This document shows, piece by piece, positions 39,140-49,009 of a stretch of DNA of 64,000 bases. Numbering within the stretch: the stretch's first letter is position 1; the number at the start of each line of letters is the position of its first letter. Below the pieces are notes generated by a model. That model was not told the origin of the DNA. It made no database searches and worked only from the letters and a program-made list of their open reading frames with translations. The translations under genes were made by a program, and so were the position numbers. The DNA is from a bacterium (GTDB lineage Bacteria; Armatimonadota; Zipacnadia; Zipacnadales; Zipacnadaceae): contig JAUVXR010000001.1 of the NCBI GenBank assembly GCA_030603495.1, positions 202,474 through 266,473 on the forward strand, written 5' to 3'.

Positions 39140-39799
39140 TCAGAATATGCTCAGCCCGGCTTTGTCCCAGTCGTCCAAGAAGCGCGCAAGTCCGACGTCA
39201 GTCAGGACGTGGTGGAAGCACTGTTCCAGCGCCTGGAAGGGTATCGTAGCGACATCCGCGCCGATCAGGGCCGCCTGAACAAAGTGCTGGGTGTGGCGCA
39301 GGCTGGAGGCGATTATCTGGCTGTGCAGGTAGTCGTAGTTATCCAGAATCTGCCTGATCTGGGCGACCAACTCCATCCCGTCATGGCCGATATCATCGAG
39401 CCGCCCGACAAACGGCGAGATGTAGGTAGCTCCAGCCTTCGCCGCCAACACCGCCTGGGCCGGTGAGAAGCACAACGTGCAGTTGACCCGGATACCCTCC
39501 TGGCACAGGACAGTTATCGCCCTAATACCCTCGGGAATCAGCGGGATCTTCACGACGACATTGGACGCCCACGAAGAGACCTCCCGGGCCTCGGTCAGCA
39601 TTTCTTCGGCATCGGTGGCGACCACTTCTGCGCTCACCGGCCGGTCGCCCATAATATCACAGATCTCCTCAACTATCTCCCGGAACGGCCGCTTCTCGCG
39701 ACCCGCCAGCGTAGGGTTGGTGGTTATCCCGTCCAGTATACCCCAGCCGTCAGCCGTACGAATGTCGTCAGCATTAGCAGTATCTAAGAAGATCTTCAT
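39140..39799 (-). CDS. fsa: Transaldolase / fructose-6-phosphate aldolase (short TalC/Fsa type)
   Basis: MKIFLDTAN, GITTNPT, VVVKIP (Schiff-base Lys), NCTLCFS, YISPFVGRLDD. Confidence 0.93.
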   Translation of the reverse strand: MKIFLDTANADDIRTADGWGILDGITTNPTLAGREKRPFREIVEEICDIMGDRPVSAEVVATDAEEMLTEAREVSSWASNVVVKIPLIPEGIRAITVLCQEGIRVNCTLCFSPAQAVLAAKAGATYISPFVGRLDDIGHDGMELVAQIRQILDNYDYLHSQIIASSLRHTQHFVQAALIGADVATIPFQALEQCFHHVLTDVGLARFLDDWDKAGLSIF

Positions 39800-39835
39800 G
39801 TTGGTTTCCTCCTGTGCGTGGCGAAGCGGCGCGAG

Positions 39836-40063
39836 CTATGCAACGGCCTCAACCGCCTGCACCTCGGGAAGCTCCTCTTTCAGGATGGCCTCGATACCCA
39901 TCTTGAGTGTCTGCTGGGCCATGGGGCAGCCCTGGCAAGCACCCTGGAGGCGGACGCTAACCACCCCCTCATCGCTCACTTCCACCAGTTCCACATCACC
40001 GCCGTGCGCTTGCAGGTTAGGTCGCAGTTTGTCCAAAACCTCTTCGACTTGTTCTTTAAGCAT
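39836..40063 (-). CDS. NifU/NfuA C-terminal domain protein (Fe-S carrier)
   Basis: [31 protein letters not shown]. Confidence 0.93.
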   Translation of the reverse strand: MLKEQVEEVLDKLRPNLQAHGGDVELVEVSDEGVVSVRLQGACQGCPMAQQTLKMGIEAILKEELPEVQAVEAVA

Positions 40064-40206
40064 TGGCTCGCTCGTTCCTCCAAACACGCCCTCACGGGCA
40101 CTAGTATGCTACCCATCTGGATAGATTGTAGGAAACTATCCTGGCAGTGTCAACCCCAGCAGGCTTGCCGATAGTACGCCATCCGCCCACTGCTGGCCCT
40201 CATCCC

Positions 40207-42558
40207 CTACTCGTCCTCTGGCACCTCCACCTCGGTGCGCTCCCCGTCTTCCAGCGGTCGGAACATCTCGCGGGCTAGCGCGCGGACCGGGCCGGGCGAC
40301 CTCTTGACCATTAGCACTGAGCACTTCGCCTGCTTGGCAACAGTCTGCGTGACTGAGCCGAACATCAACTGCTGCACCGCCGACTCGCGCGCTGAGCCGA
40401 GCACCAACAGATCAAACTGCTCGGAACGGCGCACCAGCTCAGCGGCCGGTGACTGCGCCTCCCAGATGGTGATCGGTAGGCGCTTACTGGAATCCTCCGG
40501 CTCAATGTAGTGCTGCTTGATTACGTCACTGATCGGTTCCCCGGGCTGAAGAATGTGGGCGTAGGTGACCTCGGCACCCAGGAAGTCCGCAAAAGCCTGC
40601 GCCGCTTCAAGTACCAGCGGATTCTCCGGACTGCCCGTCACTCCCGCCATGATCCGCTTGATCTCCCGAATCGGCGCAATCGCCCTGAGCACCGCCAGAT
40701 CGCACTTAGCCTGGCGGATCGCGGGATCGAGCGTCGTCCCCATTACCCGGCGCGATTCGGCCGTCCACCCCCGCCAACCCAGCACCAGCATGTCAACCTC
40801 GTCGTCTTCGATAGTGTTGATGATCGCCTGGTGGACCCGATGTCCCACCCGGGCCACTGTGCGAATGGACACCCCGAGCTCCTGCCCAAGATCTCGGGCC
40901 GCCTCCAGAATCCGTTCCGCAGAGCCCAGAAAGCGTATGCCCTCTTCAACGGGTAGAATATCAGGTACGGTAATGACGTTCAGCGCGGTGATATCACCGT
41001 CGAGCCGATCAGCCAAAGCCGCACCGGTCAGCAACAGATTCTCCATATGTTCAGGATTGGCCACTGGCACCAGCACCTGATAGGTTTCGAAGTCCGGTGG
41101 CACTCGCTCAAAGACCACGGGTGCGGCTCGCTCCTTCTCCTTCTTCTTCTGGGGGGCCAGGTACAGATAATACAGAGCAACACCCAGCCCGATCCAACCG
41201 AGTGCAAAGGCCCAGGCAATCCAACTGAACTGGAACATATTGATGGCCAGGAAAAACTGGGTGGCGATCCCGACAATGGGTATGTAAGGCATCAGCGGGA
41301 CCATGAAGCCGCGCTTGAGGTCGGGTCGCCGTCGCCGCATCGTGATAACCGCCACGTTCACCTGAAGAAACAGGATGAGGAACATGATGTTGGCAGCACT
41401 GGCCACATCGTGAAGGGGCAGGGCCAGGGCCATCAGGGTGACTATACCCGCCGAAGTGATAATGGCGATATGGGGCGTGCGCCGCTTGGGGTGCACATGG
41501 CTCATCGCCCTGAGCAACTCCCGGTTGCGCGCCATTGAAAACGAGACCCGCGACGACGAGTAGATCGTAGCGTTAAGTGCCGAGCTGGTCGAGAGCAGCC
41601 CGCCGATGATCCATAGCAACCCACCGATTGCCGGGCCGCCCAGCATTATCATTCGGGCGGCCTTCACCAGTCCGACCGGGCCCTCGGCACCCAGCCATTG
41701 CCAGTTCGTGGCAAGATCATGGGCACCCGGATTAATCCCGCCCAGGGCAGCGACCACGATCAGGCAATATATTGGCACAACGATCGCCACCGCCAGGAAC
41801 ACCGCCCGGGGCAGGTTGCGGCGGGGGCTCTTAACCTCCTCCCCACACTGGGTGATGATCTCATAGCCCTGAAAGGCGATGAAGGTGAGTCCCATCGCCG
41901 TCACCACACTGCCGGATCCCCGAGGCATAAAGGGCGTGAACGACCCCTGCCAGTCCGGCCGCAGGAACATATAGTAAAGCCCGGAAACAATGAACACGCC
42001 GAGCAGCACGATCTTGCCCAGCGTGATGAGGACCGCGATCTTGCCGGTCTCCGACGCGCCGCGGAAGTTGATGTAGGTGAAGACTGCTATCACCGCAACC
42101 CCCAGGATCTTATGCAGCCACTCCTGGACAAACAGCTCGGGTGGCAGGCCAATGGTGACTCCCATTTTCTCAGTAAGGTGCAGCAGCAGCTCTCCGAAGT
42201 AGACACCGAAGCCTAGTGCGTACAGGCTGCACGCTGTCGCGTGGGCAAACCACAACATCCAGCCCGCCAGGAAGCCGTTCGGCCCAGGCAGCGCCTCCCG
42301 TACCCACAAGTACCCGCCACCAGCCCCCGGGAAGGCCGAACCCAGTTCGGCATAGGAGGCAGCGGTAATCAGCGTGATGAGACCGTTGAGGGCGAAGGCC
42401 AGAATTAGAGCCGGACCGGCTACACCCGCGGCGATGGGCATGAGCACGAAGATGCCGGCGCCAATCATCCCGCCGACGCCGATCATCGTGATATCCAGCA
42501 GCCCCATATCCCGGCTGAGGGACACCTCTTGTCGTGCTGCCTCCGGCTGGACAGCCAT
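40207..42558 (-). CDS. APC-family amino acid permease fused to two universal stress (USP) domains
   Basis: GGMIGAGIF, AELGSAFPGAGGGY, AFQGYE..GEEVK, SSRVSFSMAR; 12 TM helices, then VLVPVANP...DMLVLGW...GTTLD and LLVLGS...FGSV USP motifs. Confidence 0.9.
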   Translation of the reverse strand: MAVQPEAARQEVSLSRDMGLLDITMIGVGGMIGAGIFVLMPIAAGVAGPALILAFALNGLITLITAASYAELGSAFPGAGGGYLWVREALPGPNGFLAGWMLWFAHATACSLYALGFGVYFGELLLHLTEKMGVTIGLPPELFVQEWLHKILGVAVIAVFTYINFRGASETGKIAVLITLGKIVLLGVFIVSGLYYMFLRPDWQGSFTPFMPRGSGSVVTAMGLTFIAFQGYEIITQCGEEVKSPRRNLPRAVFLAVAIVVPIYCLIVVAALGGINPGAHDLATNWQWLGAEGPVGLVKAARMIMLGGPAIGGLLWIIGGLLSTSSALNATIYSSSRVSFSMARNRELLRAMSHVHPKRRTPHIAIITSAGIVTLMALALPLHDVASAANIMFLILFLQVNVAVITMRRRRPDLKRGFMVPLMPYIPIVGIATQFFLAINMFQFSWIAWAFALGWIGLGVALYYLYLAPQKKKEKERAAPVVFERVPPDFETYQVLVPVANPEHMENLLLTGAALADRLDGDITALNVITVPDILPVEEGIRFLGSAERILEAARDLGQELGVSIRTVARVGHRVHQAIINTIEDDEVDMLVLGWRGWTAESRRVMGTTLDPAIRQAKCDLAVLRAIAPIREIKRIMAGVTGSPENPLVLEAAQAFADFLGAEVTYAHILQPGEPISDVIKQHYIEPEDSSKRLPITIWEAQSPAAELVRRSEQFDLLVLGSARESAVQQLMFGSVTQTVAKQAKCSVLMVKRSPGPVRALAREMFRPLEDGERTEVEVPEDE

Positions 42559-42619
42559 AAAACAAACCTTCCTAACGTCTGAGGGGAGAGATTCGACTAT
42601 GCTACTTTGATCGCCCCAT

Positions 42620-42648
42620 ATTGTACAATTCTGGCCGAGCTAACGCAA
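42620..42648 (-). promoter_or_regulatory. sigma70 promoter of the permease; -10 within a perfect palindrome
   Basis: Minus strand TTGCGT-N17-TACAAT with TG extension; ATTGTACAAT (42620-42629) is self-complementary. Confidence 0.55.
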
Positions 42649-42827
42649 GGGTGCACAACTCCACCGGCACGCGCCGCATACGTACTCGTTCGGGAGGAAA
42701 TTCGGGCAAAAGCGCGAAGAAACCCTCTCACAGTACCCACATTTTTCATATCACGCAACGCCCGTCGCACGGAGGCTCGATGATGTGCAAGACGACAGCC
42801 GCAGTACCTGGCCGGAGCGACTGAGCT

Positions 42828-43787
42828 ATGTCCGCAGAGACTGACAAACGGCTGGCGCAGATTGCCCTGATGTGGCACGGCCGCATTGGGCCGGCGGGCT
42901 TCCGCCGATTAATCGGGCACTTTGGTGACACTTCGGCTATCCTCGGTGCCTCCGAGCAGGAACTCGCCCTGCCCAGTGTGCGCCTCGACGCTGAGCAGAT
43001 CGCGGCAATATCCAGCCTGGGCGACAGGCTGGCCGAGGTCGAAGAGCAGCTCGACGGGCTTGACGACCAGAACATCCACGTCGTCTGCGACTTTGAGCCC
43101 GACTACCCCGAGATTCTTCAGGATATCCCCAACCCACCACCGGTACTGTGCATCGCCGGCCGTATTCTGCCTATTGACGACCCAGCGGTAGCCATCGTCG
43201 GCACGCGCAGTCCCAGCCAGGAGGGCTACCAGATGGCCCACGATGTGGCGGCGGCGTTGGTCGAGCACAAGATCACCGTCGTCAGCGGCCTGGCACTGGG
43301 CTGCGATACCGCCGCGCACCATGGCGCGTTGGCTGGGGGCGGCCGCACCATTGCTGTGCTAGGCTCGGGAATCCTGGTCGTCCACCCGCGCACCAACCTC
43401 GACCTGGCCCGTCAGATCGCCGAGCATGGCGCAGTTATCTCCGAGCAGTCACCTACCGCCGATCCCGCCGTGGGTCGGCTCATGGCCCGCAACCGCCTCC
43501 AGAGCGGATTGTCCCGCGCGGTCATCGCCATTGAAGCGGGAGAATCCGGCGGGACAATGAAGACGGTGGAACGGGCCCGGCGCCAGGGCCGGCTCGTGTG
43601 CACAATAAAATGGCTGGAAATGGGGGAAAAGCGCGCCGGGCCTGCCCAGCTTCTGGCGGAAGGCGCTGAGCCGATTGACGGCCCGGAGCAGATCGCGGCC
43701 TTCGTGAGGGCACTGTACTTCCACCGCGAGCAGATGCGCTGCGATCACGCCGAGAAATCTCAACAGCAACTCTTTGCCGAGGAATAA
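42828..43787 (+). CDS. dprA: DNA-processing protein DprA (Smf)
   Basis: SAM-like N-terminus, YPEIL..I.NPPPVL, VAIVGTR, VSGLALGCD..AH..AL, TIAVLGSG, RNRLQSGLS, SGGTMKT. Confidence 0.92.
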   Translation: MSAETDKRLAQIALMWHGRIGPAGFRRLIGHFGDTSAILGASEQELALPSVRLDAEQIAAISSLGDRLAEVEEQLDGLDDQNIHVVCDFEPDYPEILQDIPNPPPVLCIAGRILPIDDPAVAIVGTRSPSQEGYQMAHDVAAALVEHKITVVSGLALGCDTAAHHGALAGGGRTIAVLGSGILVVHPRTNLDLARQIAEHGAVISEQSPTADPAVGRLMARNRLQSGLSRAVIAIEAGESGGTMKTVERARRQGRLVCTIKWLEMGEKRAGPAQLLAEGAEPIDGPEQIAAFVRALYFHREQMRCDHAEKSQQQLFAEE

Positions 43788-43863
43788 GCGCGTGCAGCGC
43801 AGGCAGGTGGAACCGGTCCCTCCAAACCTGTTTGGCATGAATACACCATCTGCCGGTAATTGG

Positions 43864-45024
43864 CTATGCGGCTGTCTCTGCTTCGTCTGCCGGCAAAGCC
43901 AGCAGGACTAGTGCTGAGAGGATCATTATTGTTCCACTGATCACGAAGGGCCCGCTGTACCAGTGCTCAAATACCGCTCCGGCTATCAATGGGCCCACTA
44001 TCCAACCCAGAGAAGCCACGGCAAAAACCTTACTTACGTCACGCCCTCGTGTGGCGGGACGCGAGTACCTCTGGATAAGTTTGCTCTGGATGGGAATCCA
44101 TACTCCGGCACCGAACAGGTCATGGGTAAGCCAAACTACAGCTGCAGGCAGGAAGCTGGGCATCAGACCGGAGAGGGCCAGTGCTATTCCTTCGAGTATC
44201 ACAAACGTTACATAGATCTGCTTGAGATGCCGCTTGACCACCGACCCTACGAACAACATGGGAAGGCCCAAAGTGAGGCGGTGAATCATAAGGATGGTTC
44301 CAACACCGGCAGGAGAGACACCAAACTGTCTGGACCAGAAGAGTTGCATTACGAAACAGTGACTGACCGCCAGGCCCGCGGTGAAAACGAAAGCCGAAGC
44401 AGCCAACACGAGAAGAGGCCGAGGTAGATCCAGCGCAAAGATACCTGGCAGCGACTCCCCAGTAGACTGACGGGTCTTGCCGGCTCGCTGGCGGTATCCG
44501 GCCAGGAACATCACAGCAGCAGCAAACAGGACGAAGGCCGAAAGCGCGAAAGCACCGGTGTAAGCTCGGCTGACCAAGAGCCAACCAGCTCCGAACACAC
44601 CGGCAGCCGCGGCGATGGCCTCCAGGCCCCGTACTTTGCCCATCCGGTCCAGATATCGCCAACGCTCCTCATCGTGCAGAGCAAGCTGGTACATGCTGTC
44701 AAAGACAGTGCTGCCCGCATCGCGCAGACTCTTCAGCACCATCTGCATCCAGAAGATCGGCGCGTAAGGCGTCAAGCCACTGACCGCAGAGGTCACTAGT
44801 AGAGAGGCAGCGTAGAGACTCTTGCGGCCCACACGGTCCGAAAGCTCTCCGGCATAGACCCGGACGATAAACACAAACATAGCCCCAGCCGCATAGATCA
44901 CACCCAGCCGCTGCATCGAGATGCCATGTTCATCCAGGAAGTATGGCAGGACAAACTCATAGATCCCCAAACCCAGTCCAAACATCAACGACCCAGCTAC
45001 GAGAAACGCATAATTGCGGTTCAT
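43864..45024 (-). CDS. MFS transporter
   Basis: 12 TM helices; motif A GELSDRVGRK; RG..VSK loop. Confidence 0.88.
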   Translation of the reverse strand: MNRNYAFLVAGSLMFGLGLGIYEFVLPYFLDEHGISMQRLGVIYAAGAMFVFIVRVYAGELSDRVGRKSLYAASLLVTSAVSGLTPYAPIFWMQMVLKSLRDAGSTVFDSMYQLALHDEERWRYLDRMGKVRGLEAIAAAAGVFGAGWLLVSRAYTGAFALSAFVLFAAAVMFLAGYRQRAGKTRQSTGESLPGIFALDLPRPLLVLAASAFVFTAGLAVSHCFVMQLFWSRQFGVSPAGVGTILMIHRLTLGLPMLFVGSVVKRHLKQIYVTFVILEGIALALSGLMPSFLPAAVVWLTHDLFGAGVWIPIQSKLIQRYSRPATRGRDVSKVFAVASLGWIVGPLIAGAVFEHWYSGPFVISGTIMILSALVLLALPADEAETAA

Positions 45025-45095
45025 TATCTATCCTCAAAGTGCCTCTTCGCAACGCAGCGGCGGGCACAGAGCAAAAGCTGGCTGACAGTGCTCAA

Positions 45096-46607
45096 TCAGG
45101 TTGAGGGTCGGCGCGAGACGGTGATGGCAGGTGCTGACTCCTGGTTGCCTACTGGACAGACGTGCTCGCACTGCCCACAGCCGACACACTTATCCAGCCG
45201 CATGAATGGACGCAGTTGCCCCTCGTGCATCTCGGCCACGACCGCCTGATACGGACAATGTTCTACGCAGACCAAGCACAGCCGGTACTCCTCGCCGCGT
45301 TGCCACGGTAAGCAAGTGTCGGGATTGATGGTGGCCAACCCCAGCTTGATATCGTTCTTCTCCTCGATGGTGTGGAGCCGCAGTGCCCCGGTGGGACAAA
45401 CCCGGCTGCATACATTGCACTCCTGCTCGCAGAAGCCAATCTGCGGGATGAGCACCGGCGTGAAGACTCCGTCCCACCCCGCCTGGCCCAGCGCCGGCTG
45501 CAGCCCGCCGGTGGGGCAGGCTCGCATACAGTTGCCGCAGCGCACGCACAGGTCGCGGAACTCCTGCTCACTCATGCGCCGGAGAAGGCCGCTGGGTGGG
45601 CGGATGATTGCCCCCGGAGGCCGAATGAGCTTGGGATGAACTTCCAGCCGGTGCAGACCCAACCTCACTGCCACGCCGTAGGTCGCCCCCACACCCAGCG
45701 CAGCCATGAACGCCCGGCGGCTGGCGTGCGTAGCGCCGTCCGCACCTCCCGACATAGCCGCGTGAAGGCCGATGCCCATTGTACCCGGCCGCGGGCAGGC
45801 CACACAGTCGTAGCACAATATGCACTCAGGTGTGTGAGTCTTCGCGCAATCATCAGCGGAGATAACGCCCATCTTGCAGGCGGTCGCGCAGAACCCACAA
45901 CTCGTGCACTGCTCAGATACACGCCGCTTCCACAGGCCGAAGCGCCCGACAAAGGCCAGCAGTGCCCCCAGTGGGCAGAAGGTCCGGCACCACATCCGCC
46001 GGGCAAAGAAGCTCATCCCCAGCACCGCCAGGAACATCAGGCCGACAGCCACCTCAAGATGAAAGTGGCGCACAACAACCGGGTAAAGATACAGGTCGAG
46101 CCGGCGCAGGATCGGTTCAGCGTGAATCACAAGCAAGTTATACGCGCCGAGGCTCAGCGGGTAGACGACCGTAGCGCTGGTGCGCGTGAGCAGAGGGATC
46201 GGGTCAAGCAGCCAGGCAATCTGTGTACCGAACAGCGCCGCCACCAGGACCGCGGCCAGGACGTAGTATTTCCACGGGGGACGGACATACCTGGGGCGCT
46301 GGCCACCACGGTGGCGGAAAAACAGCGTGTCGGAGATATCAATACAGGTACCCAGGGGGCATATCCATCCACAGAAAAAACGCCCGAAGACGACGGTCAG
46401 CGCCAGCAGCACCAGTCCTGGCAGAACATACGTCAGGACAATAGGCCCGTGCGCCAACAGAGTCGTTAGGACGACCAGCGGATCCGTACGCAGGAACACC
46501 GGGGATGGTATCTGCCCGTCGGGCACCCAGCGCGACTGGTGAAGAAGCCACCCGAAGGCCAATAGCGCCGACAGTTGGACTATCCGCCGAGTCCATCTGA
46601 CATGCAT
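45096..46607 (-). CDS. Membrane polyferredoxin (NapH/YccM-like fused to a MauM/NapG-like domain)
   Basis: GRFFCGWICPLG and MWCRTFCPLG motifs, several CxxCxxCxxxC clusters, internal Tat-like SRRAF segment followed by IRPPGA. Confidence 0.88.
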   Translation of the reverse strand: MHVRWTRRIVQLSALLAFGWLLHQSRWVPDGQIPSPVFLRTDPLVVLTTLLAHGPIVLTYVLPGLVLLALTVVFGRFFCGWICPLGTCIDISDTLFFRHRGGQRPRYVRPPWKYYVLAAVLVAALFGTQIAWLLDPIPLLTRTSATVVYPLSLGAYNLLVIHAEPILRRLDLYLYPVVVRHFHLEVAVGLMFLAVLGMSFFARRMWCRTFCPLGALLAFVGRFGLWKRRVSEQCTSCGFCATACKMGVISADDCAKTHTPECILCYDCVACPRPGTMGIGLHAAMSGGADGATHASRRAFMAALGVGATYGVAVRLGLHRLEVHPKLIRPPGAIIRPPSGLLRRMSEQEFRDLCVRCGNCMRACPTGGLQPALGQAGWDGVFTPVLIPQIGFCEQECNVCSRVCPTGALRLHTIEEKNDIKLGLATINPDTCLPWQRGEEYRLCLVCVEHCPYQAVVAEMHEGQLRPFMRLDKCVGCGQCEHVCPVGNQESAPAITVSRRPST

Positions 46608-46653
46608 ATCTCAATAAGCCGTTGCTTGCCTGTGATAGGTTAGTAGATGAGAG

Positions 46654-47157
46654 CTACTGACCGGTCGAGCCGAACCCGCCTGTACCCCGCGTGCTCTCGG
46701 GCAGCTCTGTGACTGCCTGCCACCGCGCGCGGCTGACAGGGGCGATGATCAGTTGGGCAATGCGATCTCCGTGATGTATCACAAACGGCTTCTCACCCAG
46801 ATTGATAAGAATGATCTTGACCGTGCCCCGGTAGTCGGCATCAATAGTTCCCGGCGAATTGAGCACCGTCACCCCAGCGTTGATCGCCAGCCCGCTGCGC
46901 GGCCGCACCTGCGCCTCAAAGCCTGGCGGCAGCGCGATGCGCAGTCCCGTGCTCACCAAAGCCCGCTGCCCGGGCTCGATTACGATCTGCCCACCCTCGC
47001 AGTCGCTCAGAGCCGCCCGCAGGTCCATGCCCACCGATTGCTCGGTCTCGTACGCGGGCAGGGGTAGGTCTTCAGCTTCCGCCATTACCTGTACGGCAAC
47101 GGTGACCGACGCAACGCTCGGCTTTGACTGGCTTGCTTCGTCTTGGTGGAAACTCAT
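46654..47157 (-). CDS. dut: dUTP pyrophosphatase
   Basis: [44 protein letters not shown]. Confidence 0.96.
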   Translation of the reverse strand: MSFHQDEASQSKPSVASVTVAVQVMAEAEDLPLPAYETEQSVGMDLRAALSDCEGGQIVIEPGQRALVSTGLRIALPPGFEAQVRPRSGLAINAGVTVLNSPGTIDADYRGTVKIILINLGEKPFVIHHGDRIAQLIIAPVSRARWQAVTELPESTRGTGGFGSTGQ

Positions 47158-47272
47158 CGGCGCTATTATAGCAGACGGCTGTGCGCCAGGCAACGTTCGC
47201 CAGATTCCTGCCGACTCCGCCCTCCGGCCTACAGATTCTCGTGAAGACTGTAACGGGGAATCGTGACCGATA

Positions 47273-47301
47273 TTGACACCTTTCCTGCGCTGGGGTATAA
47301 T
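47273..47301 (+). promoter_or_regulatory. Perfect-consensus sigma70 promoter ahead of the cinA-recA cluster
   Basis: TTGACA-N17-TATAAT. Confidence 0.82.
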
Positions 47302-47425
47302 GATAAAGAGGAAAGTTAACATAACCAAACGGCATCGGACCCCGAAACGATTGTCTACCGTAATGCCGTAATACTGTAATAGCCCGCAACAGACACAACG
47401 AATCGCTTGACGTGTCAGATATTGA

Positions 47426-47683
47426 TTGCTCGCTCTCGAGCTGAACGAGAAGTTCCCGATAGAGGGGCACAGCGAAATGCCCAGGGAGATTCTCCTGCGA
47501 ATGCGACTTACTAACCATATGGTGTACGACTGCGCGCCCCAGGACGAAGTGAGTGGCGTTCACTCGGACAACCCGGAGGTGGCGGCGGAGTTTTCGTTGG
47601 AGCCGCCCCACGAAGATCGGCTCGAGAGCGCTAGCAAAGAGACTAACGAGCAGGAATCTGACCAGGACGCTACGGAGGATTGA
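47426..47683 (+). CDS. Small acidic hypothetical protein
   Basis: 85 codons, between a consensus promoter and cinA, same orientation; TTG start with no strong RBS; no recognisable family. Confidence 0.5.
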   Translation: MLALELNEKFPIEGHSEMPREILLRMRLTNHMVYDCAPQDEVSGVHSDNPEVAAEFSLEPPHEDRLESASKETNEQESDQDATED

Positions 47684-47758
47684 GCAGGAGAGTCATTTTC
47701 TCTGCATTCTGACCACGGCAGGCGATCGGCGGGCCCTACTTGAGGGCAGAAGCAGCGC

Positions 47759-49009
47759 GTGAAAGCCGAAATCGTCGCCATCGGGACCGAGTTACTCTTA
47801 GGCGAGATAGACGACACTAACGCCACCTATATATCCCGGGAGCTTACCACCATCGGGATGGACGTTTACCTGCGCCACACCGTGGACGACGATCTGGGTC
47901 GCATCGTCCAGGTGTTGGGGGCAGCGATGCGGCGCAGCGATGTGGTCGTCATCTGCGGCGGACTGGGCCCGACCCCTGACGATCTCACCCGCGAGGCCAT
48001 CGCCCAAGTCACCAATCGTGCCTTGCAGAGCGTGGTCGGCGCCGAGGACCAGCTCCGCCAGTTCTTCGCCCAGCGTCACCGGACGGTGACCGAGAATAAC
48101 CTTAAGCAGTGCCAGGTGCCCCGCGGCGGCCGGCTCCTGGATAACCCGGTTGGCACCGCACCGGGAATCCTCGTGGAGCACGAAGGCTGCACGCTTGTTG
48201 CCGTCCCCGGCCCGCCCCCAGAGATGCGCGAGATGATGAGCAACCACGTGATGCCGTTCCTGCGCAGCAAGCTCGAGGAGCGAGGCGATGTGCCCTTGTT
48301 CACCCGCTCGCTGCGCCTGGCCGATATCGGCGAATCGGAAGCGGCCAATGAACTGGCGGACATTCTGGACCAGGCAACCGATCCAGCCGTGGCTCTGTAC
48401 GCCTCGCCCGGGGAAGTGCGTATCCGCATCGCGACCAAGGCCGCATCTGAAGCGGAGGCCAATAAGAAGCTGGGCCAGATTGAGCAGATTATCCGCCAGC
48501 GACTCGTCGAGCATGTCTACAGCGTGGACGAGGAGACAATGGAGGTGGCGATTGGCCAGGCCCTGAGGGCGGCGGGGGCAACACTGGCAGTCGCGGAAAG
48601 TTGCACCGGCGGGCTGATTGCCAGCCGTATCACTGATGTGCCGGGCAGCTCGCGCTACTTCCTTAACGGATATGTCACCTATAATAACGAATCCAAGCAG
48701 CGGCTGCTCGGTGTGCCCGCCGCGATCCTGGAGCAGCACGGCGCGGTCAGCAAAGAATGTGCGCAAACAATGGCTGAAGGCGCACGCAAGGACAGCGGCG
48801 CCGGCTATGCTGTGGCGGTGACGGGCATTGCTGGGCCGGACGGTGGGACTCCTGAGAAGCCAGTCGGCCGGGCCTATATCGCCGTGGCCGACGAGCGGGG
48901 GACGATCTGTGAGCAGTTTGACTGGCCGGGTACACGTACCCAGTTCAAGCAGCGCGTCTCGCAGATGGCGCTCAACCTAGTCAGAAAGCGGGTGCTGGGC
49001 CTTGCCTGA
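47759..49009 (+). CDS. cinA: Competence/damage-inducible protein CinA (MoCF-biosynthesis-like domain plus PncC NMN deamidase domain)
   Basis: IGTELLLGEIDDTN, GGLGPTPDDLTRE, PGPPPEM, AESCTGG, TGIAGPDGG. Confidence 0.96.
   Translation: MKAEIVAIGTELLLGEIDDTNATYISRELTTIGMDVYLRHTVDDDLGRIVQVLGAAMRRSDVVVICGGLGPTPDDLTREAIAQVTNRALQSVVGAEDQLRQFFAQRHRTVTENNLKQCQVPRGGRLLDNPVGTAPGILVEHEGCTLVAVPGPPPEMREMMSNHVMPFLRSKLEERGDVPLFTRSLRLADIGESEAANELADILDQATDPAVALYASPGEVRIRIATKAASEAEANKKLGQIEQIIRQRLVEHVYSVDEETMEVAIGQALRAAGATLAVAESCTGGLIASRITDVPGSSRYFLNGYVTYNNESKQRLLGVPAAILEQHGAVSKECAQTMAEGARKDSGAGYAVAVTGIAGPDGGTPEKPVGRAYIAVADERGTICEQFDWPGTRTQFKQRVSQMALNLVRKRVLGLA

Noticed and set aside
47209-47235. CCTCCGGCCTA resembling part of a c-di-GMP-I riboswitch
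   Set aside because: The GGCAAACC/GAAA P1-P2 elements are absent, and the motif lies upstream of the promoter on that strand.
47443-47455. GAAC-N5-GTTC as a LexA (Cheo) box
   Set aside because: The spacer is 5 rather than 4 nt, and it lies inside the small ORF well downstream of the promoter.
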